DNA from: Flaccisagitta enflata
Lineage: Eukaryota
Assembly (NCBI GenBank): GCA_965153355.1
Contig: OZ231126.1
Coordinates: forward strand, 37,262,001 to 37,326,000
DNA: 64,000 nucleotides
Reading direction: 5' to 3'
A model generated the notes under the pieces. That model was not told the DNA's origin, searched no databases, and was given only the letters and a program-made list of their open reading frames with translations. The translations under genes and the position numbers were made by a program. Of the stretch, positions 28,571 through 41,793 are shown in pieces (within the stretch, counting starts at the first letter, position 1; every line of letters begins with the position of its first letter).

Positions 28571-30455
28571 GAGCCCTTATCAACCAAAAAAGTTGACTTG
28601 CACATACCATCGTACAAAGACCAAAAAAAAACAAAACAAAAAACAAAAAACAACTACGGCTTGAAGGGGACAGAGGTAAAAGTGAAAGAATTCATTTTTG
28701 CCATTCAGAATAGGAGAAGCAAATTTGTTTTGCGTGTTATTTCTAAACGCTCAGATATTATTCAACGCGGTATATGGGAATTAATCGTAAATTCAGTCTA
28801 GTTTGAGAATCTCACTGATTTTGCGTAGAAATTATCATTTGAAATAGAGATATTGTTTAATGACTGAGATGATAAACATAAATGTTTACCTCCCTCTTTT
28901 GAAAACAAAATCTTGTCTCAAATATACTTTCTATTATATGCAATATGTTCATAGATTCAGTTTTTTGATTGTGTTTCTATTTGGGATGTGGAAGCGGTTG
29001 ACCGCTTCTAATTTGGAAGATGGGTTTGCTATTAGTATTTGAACAACAAAATGAAAGCGGAAGCGGAAGCGGTTGAAGCGGCATGAAAATCGACCGCTTC
29101 CACATCCCTAGTTTTTATGTCTTTCCGTCTATTTTTCTAACTCCACATGTTGATTTTCCTGATTGAATCACATTTGGGTGTTTTTCTAAACACCCTTTGT
29201 TTTACAATATGCTTTACTGTATGATACTTTTCTACATCACAAATTTTTTATGGCGGCTCATCCCGGTCCAGGGAAAAACAAAAAAAAATGGCCGTAGAGC
29301 AAAAAATGCTCATACCGTTCTCTGACTCAGATTGAACGGCAACTAGCTAACTGAATTTGACACGATTTTTTTTACCTGTAGCAGCAAAACACAGGACAGA
29401 TTACGCTGCTGTGTCAACCACAGTTCCCTATCTCTCTCTCTTTAGCTCATATGTTGGCCTCTCATCCCAGCTATTAAGCACAGAATAAATAATGAACAGA
29501 AACACCACATACAACAATCAAGTTTTTATTTCAGTTTAAATAACCTTATTCCACGTCGAAGTGGTGAGCGCAGGCCTATTCTGCTTGCTTTGCAAGTCAG
29601 TCCATCAGTTCAAGGTTTAGCGCTCTCTTTAGCCGAATGTCAGTATATCTGTCTTTTAGTCTGACACTAAATTGATTGCTCAAATACGGAGCGTGAAATT
29701 TGGGTGCTTCACAAAGCAAAACCTGGGAAAATCCGTCAGACACGTATTATAAAATTAAGCCAGATACACGGCTACTCTAGTCTTGACTATTTGGGCAGGA
29801 GCGGTGAGGTCAAAAGTAAAATCATAAGAATAAAGAAAAAAATGAGCAACCGACCAACTGACAAACAAACAAAGAAAATTGTGCAGTCACGTGCATGCGA
29901 CTAAAAAAATATAAAAATTTTTAATTTTTATTTAAATATTGAATATAAAAAATATTTTGACCAAAAAGCAGATTAAGAAATGAATCAGTAAATGAATATT
30001 TGAATATGAATCAATCATTCTTACAGTATTATACAAATAAGATCATACAAAAGTTTGTCCAAAAAATTACCAATTTTTACGAAACAGAAATTCATGAAAA
30101 TTTTCAAAGAAGCTACTTAATATTGAAAAATAGGGTTAAAATAAATACCAAACATTTGCTATGTGAGTCACCCAAGCGCAAACTGCATGCGCTGCATGTT
30201 ATGATAATGTAAACAAGCCTGGAATAAAAGTTAGTAAGAACGTTAAAACACATAATCGAATTTCAATAGCCCGACTGATTTTTGCGTAGAATAAGAAACA
30301 AGCACAGACTACAGAAGTTCCACCCTTGTCAGTACATGACATTGTTTATAAGCATAAATAGTAAATTTAGGCAATATTTGCAGTCAAGTTCATCGCATAA
30401 GTAGTTTTCTTCGGCATATCCATCACCTGTGTGGCATGTGGCGTGTGCGTGTGCG

Positions 30456-30548
<93 letters not shown>

Positions 30549-31239
30549 ACGCTCACACGCGCATGCTATTCTTCCACCTTATTTGTCTGTCTGTCTGTCT
30601 CTTTGCTGTCCATTTAGCATAGTCATCTTTATCCTCTACATTTATGCTCAATGCGACGCGCATTCTTCAAACGTTTCCAAAACTACGTGGCACATCCAGA
30701 GGCAGCACCATATTGTAGGGCATCACTGTTTAAGACAGTTTTTACAATACTGCTCTCACCCACAGTCACGGCGGGTGCCCATCACTGCCCCCGCCAACCC
30801 TGGGTAGCAGTTTTTCTAACGGTTTGGTCGCGGACTGGCGACTCTATGAGAGGCTTTGTTCATCCGTGTGTCCATCTAAACGCGTCTATTAGTCTATCTG
30901 TGAGTTACACTCAAGTCGTAAACCCTGGTACACTTTTTTTTATAAGAACGTCATTTATTGTTTTAAGCTTTTAAAGAGATAACTATGATGTTCTTCATTC
31001 TTTAACCATTTCAAGGCTTAATATTCTTATAAACTAAGTTCTTGTAAAAAAAATGTGTACTGCGGTTTTTATAGTTAATGGGGGGGGTGTATGCCCCTGC
31101 CCGTGTTTTTTTGTTTTTACCGATCGCATCTTGTCTGTAGCGCATTGATTTCTTTCCACTTCACTCATTGTTTTTGAATCCCTGCGTAGGTATTCCTTGG
31201 ATCGTATGTAACGTCCTGAATACATTTTAGTGAGTAGTT

Positions 31240-31331
<92 letters not shown>

Positions 31332-31605
31332 CCGCCACTGCATTCAATTCAACTATGTATCTCCTACCTGGGGCACTGCCCCTGACTTTTTCCTGGAACT
31401 TGCTCCGCTCCATTACGTGAATTTAGGCACTTCCGTCAATCTTTGCGTTCTTTACCTGTATGAAACAGTACGCAAATGCCTATTTCACTTTGACAGTGTG
31501 ATGCGGACGTTAACGTACAGTTTGCACTGATTGACAAAAAGCAGATAACTGCACATTTTATTCCTTGGCTTAGTGTGCTTGTCTCTATGTCTTGGTCTGT
31601 CCGTG

Positions 31606-31722
<117 letters not shown>

Positions 31723-31939
31723 TCTGCAATCACCCCATATCATCCAACCGAGTAACCGCTTCCAACCCCATCTTTCCAAGCATTTTACTTGATGCATTTT
31801 TCACTTCTTTTCGCGTCTTCATATGCGTTGCCCTTTTGTTCGTACAACGTCCACCTGTTTCGCGGTTACGCAGGAAGAATGATTTATGATAATTTACGAG
31901 TCCGTCGCTGTCCGTCTATTAGTCTCTCTGTATATGACA

Positions 31940-32012
31940 GGTGGAACAATATCCCTCACTATACCCAAACTGAAAAATATGGAAGAGGGCCTTGTGAGCC
32001 CTCACTGACTAG
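31940..32012 (+). mobile_element. Helitron-type 3' terminus (hairpin + CTAG), family D
   Basis: gagggc-cttgtga-gccctc hairpin followed by actgaCTAGt. Near-identical at 54137-54208(+) and 57466-57540(-); degraded at ~47365-47435(-). Confidence 0.65.
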
Positions 32013-32047
32013 TTACTACGCGCATCACTGTGTGAATCCATTTCTCT

Positions 32048-32109
<62 letters not shown>

Positions 32110-32769
32110 CGCTCGCTCTCACTCTCGCTCTCGCTTTCGCTTTCGCTCTCGATCGCTCGCTTGCCTGCTTCCGACTTGCTCGCACACGCACCAACCTTGA
32201 CGACGGGCTGCATAGAAGCTTTTGATTGGAATTTTATCTTCTTTGGACTATTTCAGCGTCATAGATTGTTCCCAGTATATTGCCGACATTAAATATCCTG
32301 TAATGTCGAGCTTGCTTATTGTATTTCAGCCTCTGAGATCTAGAAAAGAATGAAAAACCCAAATAAACGGCATTTGTTTGACTAGAAAAAAATTATGATG
32401 CTTGTCCGAAAGTCATACTCAAAAAAATACCTTGACTACGTCGCTGAATTTTACACGTTGATATCTTTAGGTCGTTGGCTATGCCCCAGGTCATATCGAC
32501 AGAAGATAAAAAAAAGAAAAAAAGGAGATTCGAAGGGAGAAAGTTTTATCGTCCCTACATTTGCCTTACCGCACAGTTTTTTGCGCTCAAAGTAAAACGG
32601 GCTCTGTTTACTGATATGAGCATGTTAGTTAGGCGATTTGCAAGTGTACAAAACATAAATCATAACCATTTTCCATTTCGAACCCACCGAACCTAACTGC
32701 TCTTCCCATCCGAAGAGGGAAAAGTTGCCTTAACCTTCTGTGCTAACAATGTCACACGACATCCAACAG

Positions 32770-32882
32770 AGTTGTATGAACTTCCGTGCTTGATGTTGGA
32801 GCTGTACAAGGGAGAAGTGTTGCTACGTCTGCAAACAAAAATCGGCGTGGGAGTATCTTTGGTTCAATTTGAGGCATCATTC
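32770..32882 (+). CDS. Gene B LamG1 exon b (LYELPCLMLELYKGEVLLRLQTKIGVGVSLVQFEASF)
   Basis: LamG L.L..G motif; ccaacag / gtaagt; 113 nt, phase 1->0; paralogous to 45979-46091. Confidence 0.85.
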
Positions 32883-34353
32883 GTAAGTACATATGACTCT
32901 ATAATAAGTTATTGATCGATCATTATTTACATTATGCTTAGGATAGGTATCATCAATACTCCTAGTTTTAGAATTCAAAGCCACAAATCAAAACTATACA
33001 GACATGGCTGATTCGAGGGCTAAGAAGGTAGGTTAGCGGTCCTGAGAGGCCTAAGTGGGTTGATTTTGGTCGGTGTGGGCCAATTTCAGTTCTGAGAGAG
33101 CTAATTTGAGGCCTGAGATCGTTGATTTGAGGCTAAAGAGGGCAGATTCTAGGCCAGAGAGGGGGGACGCACACTAACAAAAATTGACTGCACAACGAAG
33201 GAATGGACGAACTGACGCACATATGACGCATATGAATGTCATATCAGTCCCCCTGTGTACAGGACTCCATCCCCTTTGGAGCTGCTCCCCAAAAACTAAT
33301 TATCACGGAGACTTCTGCTTAATGCCATTGGAATCGAAAAAGTTAGCTTTGTTAGCTGAGAATAAAAATAGTCGCCAAAGCGTCAGATGGTAAGCGGTTT
33401 CCGTTGCCCCTAAATTAATGAATGTTAGATATGAAGGTGAGGGGGGCAGTGGCCCCGAAGGATCCGATGACCTACGCTTGGCTAGAATTGGAGTATTTAG
33501 GCGGGATCTTAGCCCCAAGGAAAGGGATTGGAGCCATGAGGTTGAAATTGGAGCAGTGATGATAGGGTTGGAGCCGTAGAGCTGGGGTTGGAGCCTTGAG
33601 GCTGGGATTGGAGCTCCAAAGCTGGTATTGGAGCCTCAAGGCTGGGATTGGACCCTAGAGGCTGGGATTGAACCCTCAAGGCTGGGATTGCAGTCTCAGG
33701 GCTGGGATTAAAGCCTCCACTCTGGGATTTTCGCCACAAGGCTGGGATTGGAGCCTCAAGGCTGAGATTGGAGCCTGGAGGCTGGGATCGGAATCTTGAT
33801 GCTGGGATTTGAGCCATGAGACTGGGATTGGAGCCTTGAGGCTTGGATATGAGGCCTTAGGCTGAGATTTGAGCGGGAGGTTGAAATTTAGGCTTCAAAG
33901 TTAGGGGGGACAGAGAAGGAGGAGAAGGAGAAAGTTTCCCGTATGTGTGGGAGCATAGCGCATCGGCCCCTTAGGAGCCACTGCCCAAAAAATGGGTCAT
34001 TTCAGGCAAGAAATAATTCAACTTCCTCAATCGCATCTAATCAAAGGCCCATATCCCAGCCTTGAGCCTCATGACCTCACGGCCTCATGGCTCAACCCAA
34101 CCTAGAGCCTTTAATCCCAGCCTTGAGTGCCATATCCCAGCCTTGGGACCCAAATCCCAGCCTTGAAGCCCAAACCCCAGCCTTAGCTCTTGCGTTCTAA
34201 AATCCAGTCTTGGGTCCAAAGTCTTGGTCTCAGCATCTTTCATGAGCCCAAGGATAGCTCATCAGTTCCTTCGAGGCCACTGCCCCGCTCACCATCTCAT
34301 AAATATATACACTAACTTTCGGATACCACTGACTTTTCCTCTGTATCTTTCAG

Positions 34354-34437
34354 GCATTTGATGGGGGGTTTTCGACTTGTGATGGCCAGTGGCATTCCAT
34401 CGAAGCTTGGGTCAACAGGACTGTTCTTAATATCAAG
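34354..34437 (+). CDS. Gene B LamG1 exon c (AFDGGFSTCDGQWHSIEAWVNRTVLNIK)
   Basis: LamG DG.WH motif; atctttcag / aag|gtagaa; 84 nt, phase 0->0. Confidence 0.88.
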
Positions 34438-34439
34438 GT

Positions 34440-34812
<373 letters not shown>

Positions 34813-34973
34813 AGAAGAAGTGGTAGAAATATCATTCTAAGGAAAACGCCTTTTACGAAAATTCGCCGTCAAAAATGCTTTTTATTTATCTCTATTGCTA
34901 TAAAGAGACTGACTATTACATGGTATTCAATTGGTCCCTAGATTTTTGTGCTACATTTTCGAAATCTTTGCAG

Positions 34974-35064
34974 GTGGATAGGATGTATGGTAAGCCTGGG
35001 TACAAAAACGATGCGCAGCAAAATCACAAAGGGGCCCTCGTGCAATACCTCGGAGGAATACCTG
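34974..35064 (+). CDS. Gene B LamG1 exon d (VDRMYGK…LVQYLGGIP)
   Basis: LamG VD and Y(L/V)GG.P motifs; ctttgcag / g|gtactt; 91 nt, phase 0->1. Confidence 0.88.
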
Positions 35065-35421
35065 GTACTTTTTTCACCGACATCAGTTATCTGGTATAAT
35101 GTTTATAATTTGTTTAGTTTTGTAGACGCCAAAAGGAATGATGACCTGAATTTATGACAATTTTTAGTCGCCTGCACGCGACTCTATGTCCCGCTCAGTC
35201 CGTCTGTCTGTCTGTCGGTCAGTTGGTAACACTTAGCTTTTTTTCGCCGTTTTACATCATTTTAAGTCGAGTAAAGTTATTCAAAGTCAATTTAGTTTCT
35301 CTAGATCTCTCTGTTTCTTAGTCTATAGTCTCTTAGTCTCTTAGTCATCTAGTTTTTTGGTCTTTTGGTCTTAACAACCGTACGCGACTGTAAGGTGTTG
35401 GCCTTGTTTTTCTTTGCGCAG

Positions 35422-35610
35422 TTTCTATCCGATCGCATTGGCCTATGACCCCCAAGACTTCAAAGTACTTTCGTGGTTGCATCAAAGATTTGGAGATAGA
35501 GGACGGAAATCACAAAGTTTGGAATCTCACCTCGTCAAACCTCGTCGAATTTCACAACGTCGACGTCTCTGGTTGCCCCTCTGCTTTAGGCCGTAGTTGC
35601 CCCTCTTACG
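35422..35610 (+). CDS. Gene B LamG1 exon e (…KYFRGCIKDLEI…VSGCPSALGRSCPSY)
   Basis: LamG F.GCI..L motif and closing Cys; tttgcgcag / g|gtatca; phase 1->1. Confidence 0.85.
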
Positions 35611-35956
35611 GTATCACAGGCAGTTGAAAAAGGCTGGGTTTGGTTGGTTACTGCTTAGACAAATGTACTGACGCACTCCACACTGGGACACACAGCAAAA
35701 TGACATTCTTTCACATTCCTATTTTGTCAATTCGGATATTTGCGACTCGATTAATGTTTTAGACTAGTTTCGCTCAAAAAAGGAGGTCCGTCCACAAAAA
35801 GAAAAAAAAAGAAAAAAATCTAGCTCAACAGAGTTTCATTTTTAGTCGCGTGCACGCGACTCTATACCCCGCATTGTCCTTCCAAAGTCATTCTAATTCA
35901 TTATGTAAGTCTCGCACGCGACTGAAAGGTGTTGGCCTTGTTTTTTATTCTTTCAG

Positions 35957-36121
35957 ATCCCTGTAGTCTTCCCCCCGATGTCGGTTTCTGTAAATCAGCT
36001 TGGAAAAAGTTCTTTTATAGTGACGCCAAAGGAGAATGCACCGACTTTTTGTATGGTGGTTGTGGAGGAAATGCCAACAATTTTGATACTTTTGAAAAAT
36101 GCCAGCAAATATGTAGCAGAG
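35957..36121 (+). CDS. Gene B Kunitz/BPTI protease-inhibitor domain exon
   Basis: C.LP...G.CK…FFY…C..F.YGGC.GN.NNF…C…C with six Cys; ctttcag / g|gtaaaa; phase 1->1. Confidence 0.95.
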
Positions 36122-36284
36122 GTAAAACAGTTGGAGAGCGAATCTTATTGTCTCCATTCTTTGAGTACATTGTAGAAATTATGATAAAAAATGCAAATCT
36201 ATTCATTCTGTCACATCATTTGCCTTTTGAAAATTTGCTACTGCACGGATATTCTAGAGGCCTTCTTCTCTGGAAAAGGTGAGA

Positions 36285-37135
<851 letters not shown>

Positions 37136-37288
37136 TATGGCCAAGATGAAGATGCCGATTATGATAACGAGAATGATGATAAGGACTTATAAGAGGATGA
37201 CAAAATAGACGCGCCGACAGTGACAAACTGACAGACCAAGAACTCCATTCTGATTAGTGCTCATCAATCAACAAACTTACAAATACAG

Positions 37289-37396
37289 GCTATGTGCAGT
37301 TAAGGGATACCTTTGAAATTGGAAGTTTGCTAAAAATCAAACTCAAATTCAAGACAAATGTCAAGGACGGAGTCATTCTTGCTATGGGATATGTTG
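37289..37396 (+). CDS. Gene B LamG2 exon a (GYVQLRDTFEIGSLLKIKLKFKTNVKDGVILAMGYV)
   Basis: Clear paralogue of 27253-27378 (shared atcaaactcaaattcaagaca); aatacag / g|gtgagt; phase 1->1. Confidence 0.88.
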
Positions 37397-37739
37397 GTGA
37401 GTAAAACTGTAACAGATCTATACAGTTTTTTGTCGGCTTTACTTGATGATATAATACGGGGTGAGGGAGCTTATAACTTGAAAACCAGTTTTAATGAATC
37501 TGACTGCCGGCCACTAATGTATCAAAAAGATTAGCTTTTGGCTATGATGCTTCCTGACTGTCTCTGCGTGTATTGACGTGTGAAATGCGCTAGATATGTG
37601 AGATATAGAGAAGGAAACATGAACTGGAGGTAGTGACAACCAGCGGCCCACCCTGGTTCCTTTTACTTCCCTTTTCTGTTTTTTCCTAACTCCCATCATC
37701 TTTTCCATCTCATTTACCTCTTCCGCCGCCACCATCTCT

Positions 37740-38720
37740 GCCCCTACCTACCCTTTGGCATCCTTTCTATCCCCTTAACCTCTACTGCCGACAACAATAC
37801 CCCCTACACTTCTTCCGCTGCTGCCGCTAGTGCCGCTACCTATCCCAAATCATGCCCCTATACCTCCTCCGCCTCCACCGCTAGTGCTGCTACCTACCCT
37901 ATACCATGCCTCCACATCTCCTCTGCCACCGCCACTGCCGCTTCTGCCTCTATCTACCCCAAATCATGCCTATATACCTCTCCCGCCGCCGCCGCTAGTG
38001 CCGCTTGTTACCCCAAATCAAGCCCCCACATCTGTGCCACCACCGCCGCTAATGCTGCTACCTACCTCTTATCATGCCCCTACACCTCTTCTGCCTCCGC
38101 CGCTAGTGCCGCTACCTACTGCATACCATGCCCCTACACCTCCCCCGCCGCCGCTGCTACTGCCGCTACCTAGCCCAAATCCTGCACCTTTACATTTTCC
38201 GCCACCGTCGCTACTGCCGCTACCTACCTTAAATTTTGCCCCTGCAACTCCGCCACCGCCGCCGCTAGTGCCACTACCTATAACATATCAGGCCCCTACA
38301 CCTCTTCCGCCGCTGCCGCTAGTGCCGCTACCCACCCCATATCAAGCCCTGACACCTCTTCCGCCGCCGCCACTAGTGCCGCTACTGGCTCTTTAAAGAT
38401 GTATTCAAGGTAGCGGCACTAGCAGCGGCGGCGGAAGAGGCTTAGGGGGTTCAGATCTCTAACTCTGCTGCCTCTACTTAAGTAGCGGCAGTAGCAGCAG
38501 CGGCAAAAGAGGTCTAGGGGCACGATATGGGGTAGGTAGCGGCAATAGCGGTGGCGGCAGGAGTGGTAGGAGGATTGAAGGAGCTAAGTAGCCGCAGTAG
38601 AGGCGACGGCGGAAGATGTGTATGAGTATGGAGGGTGAGAGGTAGCGGAACAAGAGGCTGAGGCAAAGGAGTTATAGGAGGATGGAAGAAGGAGGAAAGA
38701 AGAGGGAGGAGCGGCAATAG
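37740..38720. repeat. Foldback array of ~51-bp GC-rich units (C-rich arm then inverted G-rich arm)
   Basis: Units like cctcttccgccgccgctagtgccgctacctaccccatatcatgcccctaca run to ~38390 and are reverse-complemented from ~38408. Confidence 0.8.
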
Positions 38721-39448
38721 AGGTACTGCTTTTGGGCAGGGCCTAGGGTAGGACTAGGGCCTTTGGACGGCTGACTGTCATAGTCTGGAAAACTGATATC
38801 TTAAAGGAGGCCTAACGGACGTACCGACAGACAGACAGATGGACCAACAGAAGGACTGACGGAAAGACGGAAAGACGAAAAGACCGTCATAAACAGATGC
38901 GAGGACGCATCGAAAAAGCTACAAAGAATACCGCTTTGTTCAGGTGTGTCAATAATACTTAAGGTCTTTTGATCAGATCAGCATCATTAGAAATTATGGG
39001 CGCACAAATTATAAGACAGAAGCTATATACGTATAACAGTTGCCGATCAAATTATTACCATCTAGCTCATAAATATACAGACAACGGGAAAGAAGCATCA
39101 ACTTTGGAAAGGCGGTGTGCTATAATGAATTGAGCTGCTAACCCCAGATTGGATTCATTTCAAAGGGTGGAAATAACTCGTTTAGTTACATCATAAAATA
39201 CAATCGTACGAAGAGAAGAAAACAAGGCCGGATACACGGCCACCAGTTGCGGACGGGTGGGCAGGGGCGGAAATGCGCGTTTTTCCCACTTTTCAACTCG
39301 AGCGTGACCGACCAACCGACCGACCGACGGACGGACAAAGCCTCTTATAGAGTTGCGTGTCCGCAACTAAAAATTTGATTCCCCTTTTTCCGTGCTTAAC
39401 TTTGCAACAATCTGTAGATCTCATCTCTACGGTTCCAAATATGCAGAG

Positions 39449-39748
39449 TAGGGTGGTCGGGAAATAAGGTCAGATTTCATAAAATGATATACTCTAGATT
39501 TTTGCATAAATGTACTAAATAAGAAGGTTTACTACAAGTAGAGGTCTGAATTTGAAGATTAAACCATGTCGGTAATACTATAGGCTTCCTATAGCAACCA
39601 AAGAATCCCCATAGTGAGCCTATGGTTTTGCCGACAAGGTTTTTTGTTTGATTTTACACCCCAACTTGTGAGAAATCATTCTTTTATCGCATATTCGTGC
39701 AAAGGGCCCAAGTTTATGTGAAATCTGACCCAATTCCCGACAACCCTA
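39449..39748. mobile_element. 300-bp hAT-type MITE
   Basis: TIR tagggtggtcgggaa/ttcccgacaacccta; perfect 8-bp TSD ATGCAGAG at 39441-39448 and 39749-39756. Confidence 0.9.
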
Positions 39749-40144
39749 ATGCAGAGTTTGCAACTTTTATGCACTTTTTGAGTAAAAGCTCATGGAAAAA
39801 TTGCTGCTAAACAGCACCTTCCAAAACATGAGTGCCCTTCCTAGTGAACCCGCCGCCAAAGATAGATCTGGGAGATAACCTCACACATCCAACCTGACCA
39901 TTAACTAACCAATCATAAACAACCGATAGGCTTAATTCAGGGTTATGTAACTTATGTAAATCTTGTTATTGGTTAGTCACTTCATTGCTATTGGCGCCTC
40001 GCATCAGTTTTGTCACCGATTTCTTGAACACCAATCACTGATAGTTTGTTGAAAGCAACATGACGTCTGTTAAAGAATTTAGGTACTCAGGAGGATGATT
40101 TTTCTGAACAAATGGTTTCAAGCTCCCTTTTTACTGTGCATCCC

Positions 40145-40347
<203 letters not shown>

Positions 40348-41364
40348 CAAAACTTCTTTTACATGTTATATTGCAGGTATTTATTGATAGATTTAAAAAA
40401 AAATCTATGATAGAATTAAAGAGTTTTAAAAAATGAAGCATATGCCGCTAAGCACAATTATGACGGTCAAACCGTTTGAAAGTAACAGAAGTTTGAAGTT
40501 GATGTCCCAAAAGTCTGTTGGGAAAAAGGCTAACTTTGGCAATAAAAAAAATTGAACTGCTTGTTTGTCAGTGTTTCACATCCAAGCAATGAGAAAAACA
40601 TGACAAAATTCATGGCCATTTTGAAGCTCTGTGAAAGACCTTTCAAGTGAGACTTTGCTGGATATCCTAGCTCTATCCGTTTACAAATGGCGTTAGGATG
40701 AAGACAGGTGGTAAATAATTTGAAAATCTACTTTGTGATTTTCATGGCTTATCTTTTTTCTAATATAAAAGTTAAACGCATTGAGTAAAAAATTTGTTCT
40801 TGGCGCCATTTTGAAGAAAATTCGAAGCTCTTCAATTTGCTCATGGATAAAGAGTAGCTAAGATAATCTTGAGCTGCATCATTGTCAATAATGGAAAAAT
40901 TAAAATTGTTCATTGGAAAACATGAAATGAGGGTTTTTTTCAATCAATGATTTTTTTCTTCAAACCTTTGCCATTTCTAAACGAATAAAGCTACAGTGAC
41001 CAGCAACATCCCCTTTGGAAGATTTTTTGCAGAGCTTTCAAATGGTCATGGATTTTTTATGGTTCTGGCCCACAGTAAAACAGTTTAGTGCTCGCTTTCG
41101 ATGGACTTTAAGGCATTTAGGTGATGAAACCTTAAAAACACCCTTGCAACTTGTTTTTTTTTTAAACTGCGGCATTTTTCACTTTCTAGTCAAACTGTGA
41201 AGGTTCATTCAAGTATTGTAGTCTAAATTATAGATGATAAAGAAAAAATAGTTAAAAGGTTATGTCTATTGCTATAAAATAGGATTTGATACTACCTAAA
41301 ACTTTTTTTTGAGCCGCACTGTATATGAATTTTTTTTTTTTTTTTTTTTTTGAAAATCCCTCAG

Positions 41365-41793
41365 GTCCACCTTCTACTCAGTCTGGCTTCAATTTGAAAT
41401 TAACAAAAACATATCAGGCGTCCTCAACTTATGTCGATAGCTGGTACCCCACATCTGACTGGGGGGCAGATAAAGCGGTGCAACAAGGGTTCCATTGGAG
41501 TTCAGGACCAAAAGCCAAACTGCCTGTGTTCTGGTGGATTTCGTTCAAGGAAGAGCCAGTTGAAATTGTCTCCATTGCATTTGAAGAGGTGTTTCCGGGA
41601 GCGCAGTTCGAGTTTTTTGCTTCTAATACAACAAAAGCAGAGGGTGGACGAAAACTCATTAGTGGTACTCAGAAGCAGATAAATCATGTGGATTTTGAAA
41701 ATGGACATTTCTACCGCCATTATGGGTTTAAAATCACAAATTTTGGACAGCGTAATTCCGTCACTCTAAAGAACTTTGACTTTTTTGTTCGAG
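41365..41793 (+). CDS. Gene B symmetric exon encoding an F5/8 type C (discoidin/CBM32-like galactose-binding) domain, inside LamG2
   Basis: 429 nt, open, cctcag / g|gtaagt, phase 1->1. Motifs ASS.Y…A.KA…WSS…WW.ISF…F.AS…YR.Y.F.IT…V.L..F resemble F5/8C by eye. Confidence 0.75.

Noticed and set aside
37830-38396. Extensin/proline-rich protein gene
   Set aside because: Arm of a foldback 51-bp repeat with an inverted partner; no convincing splice sites.
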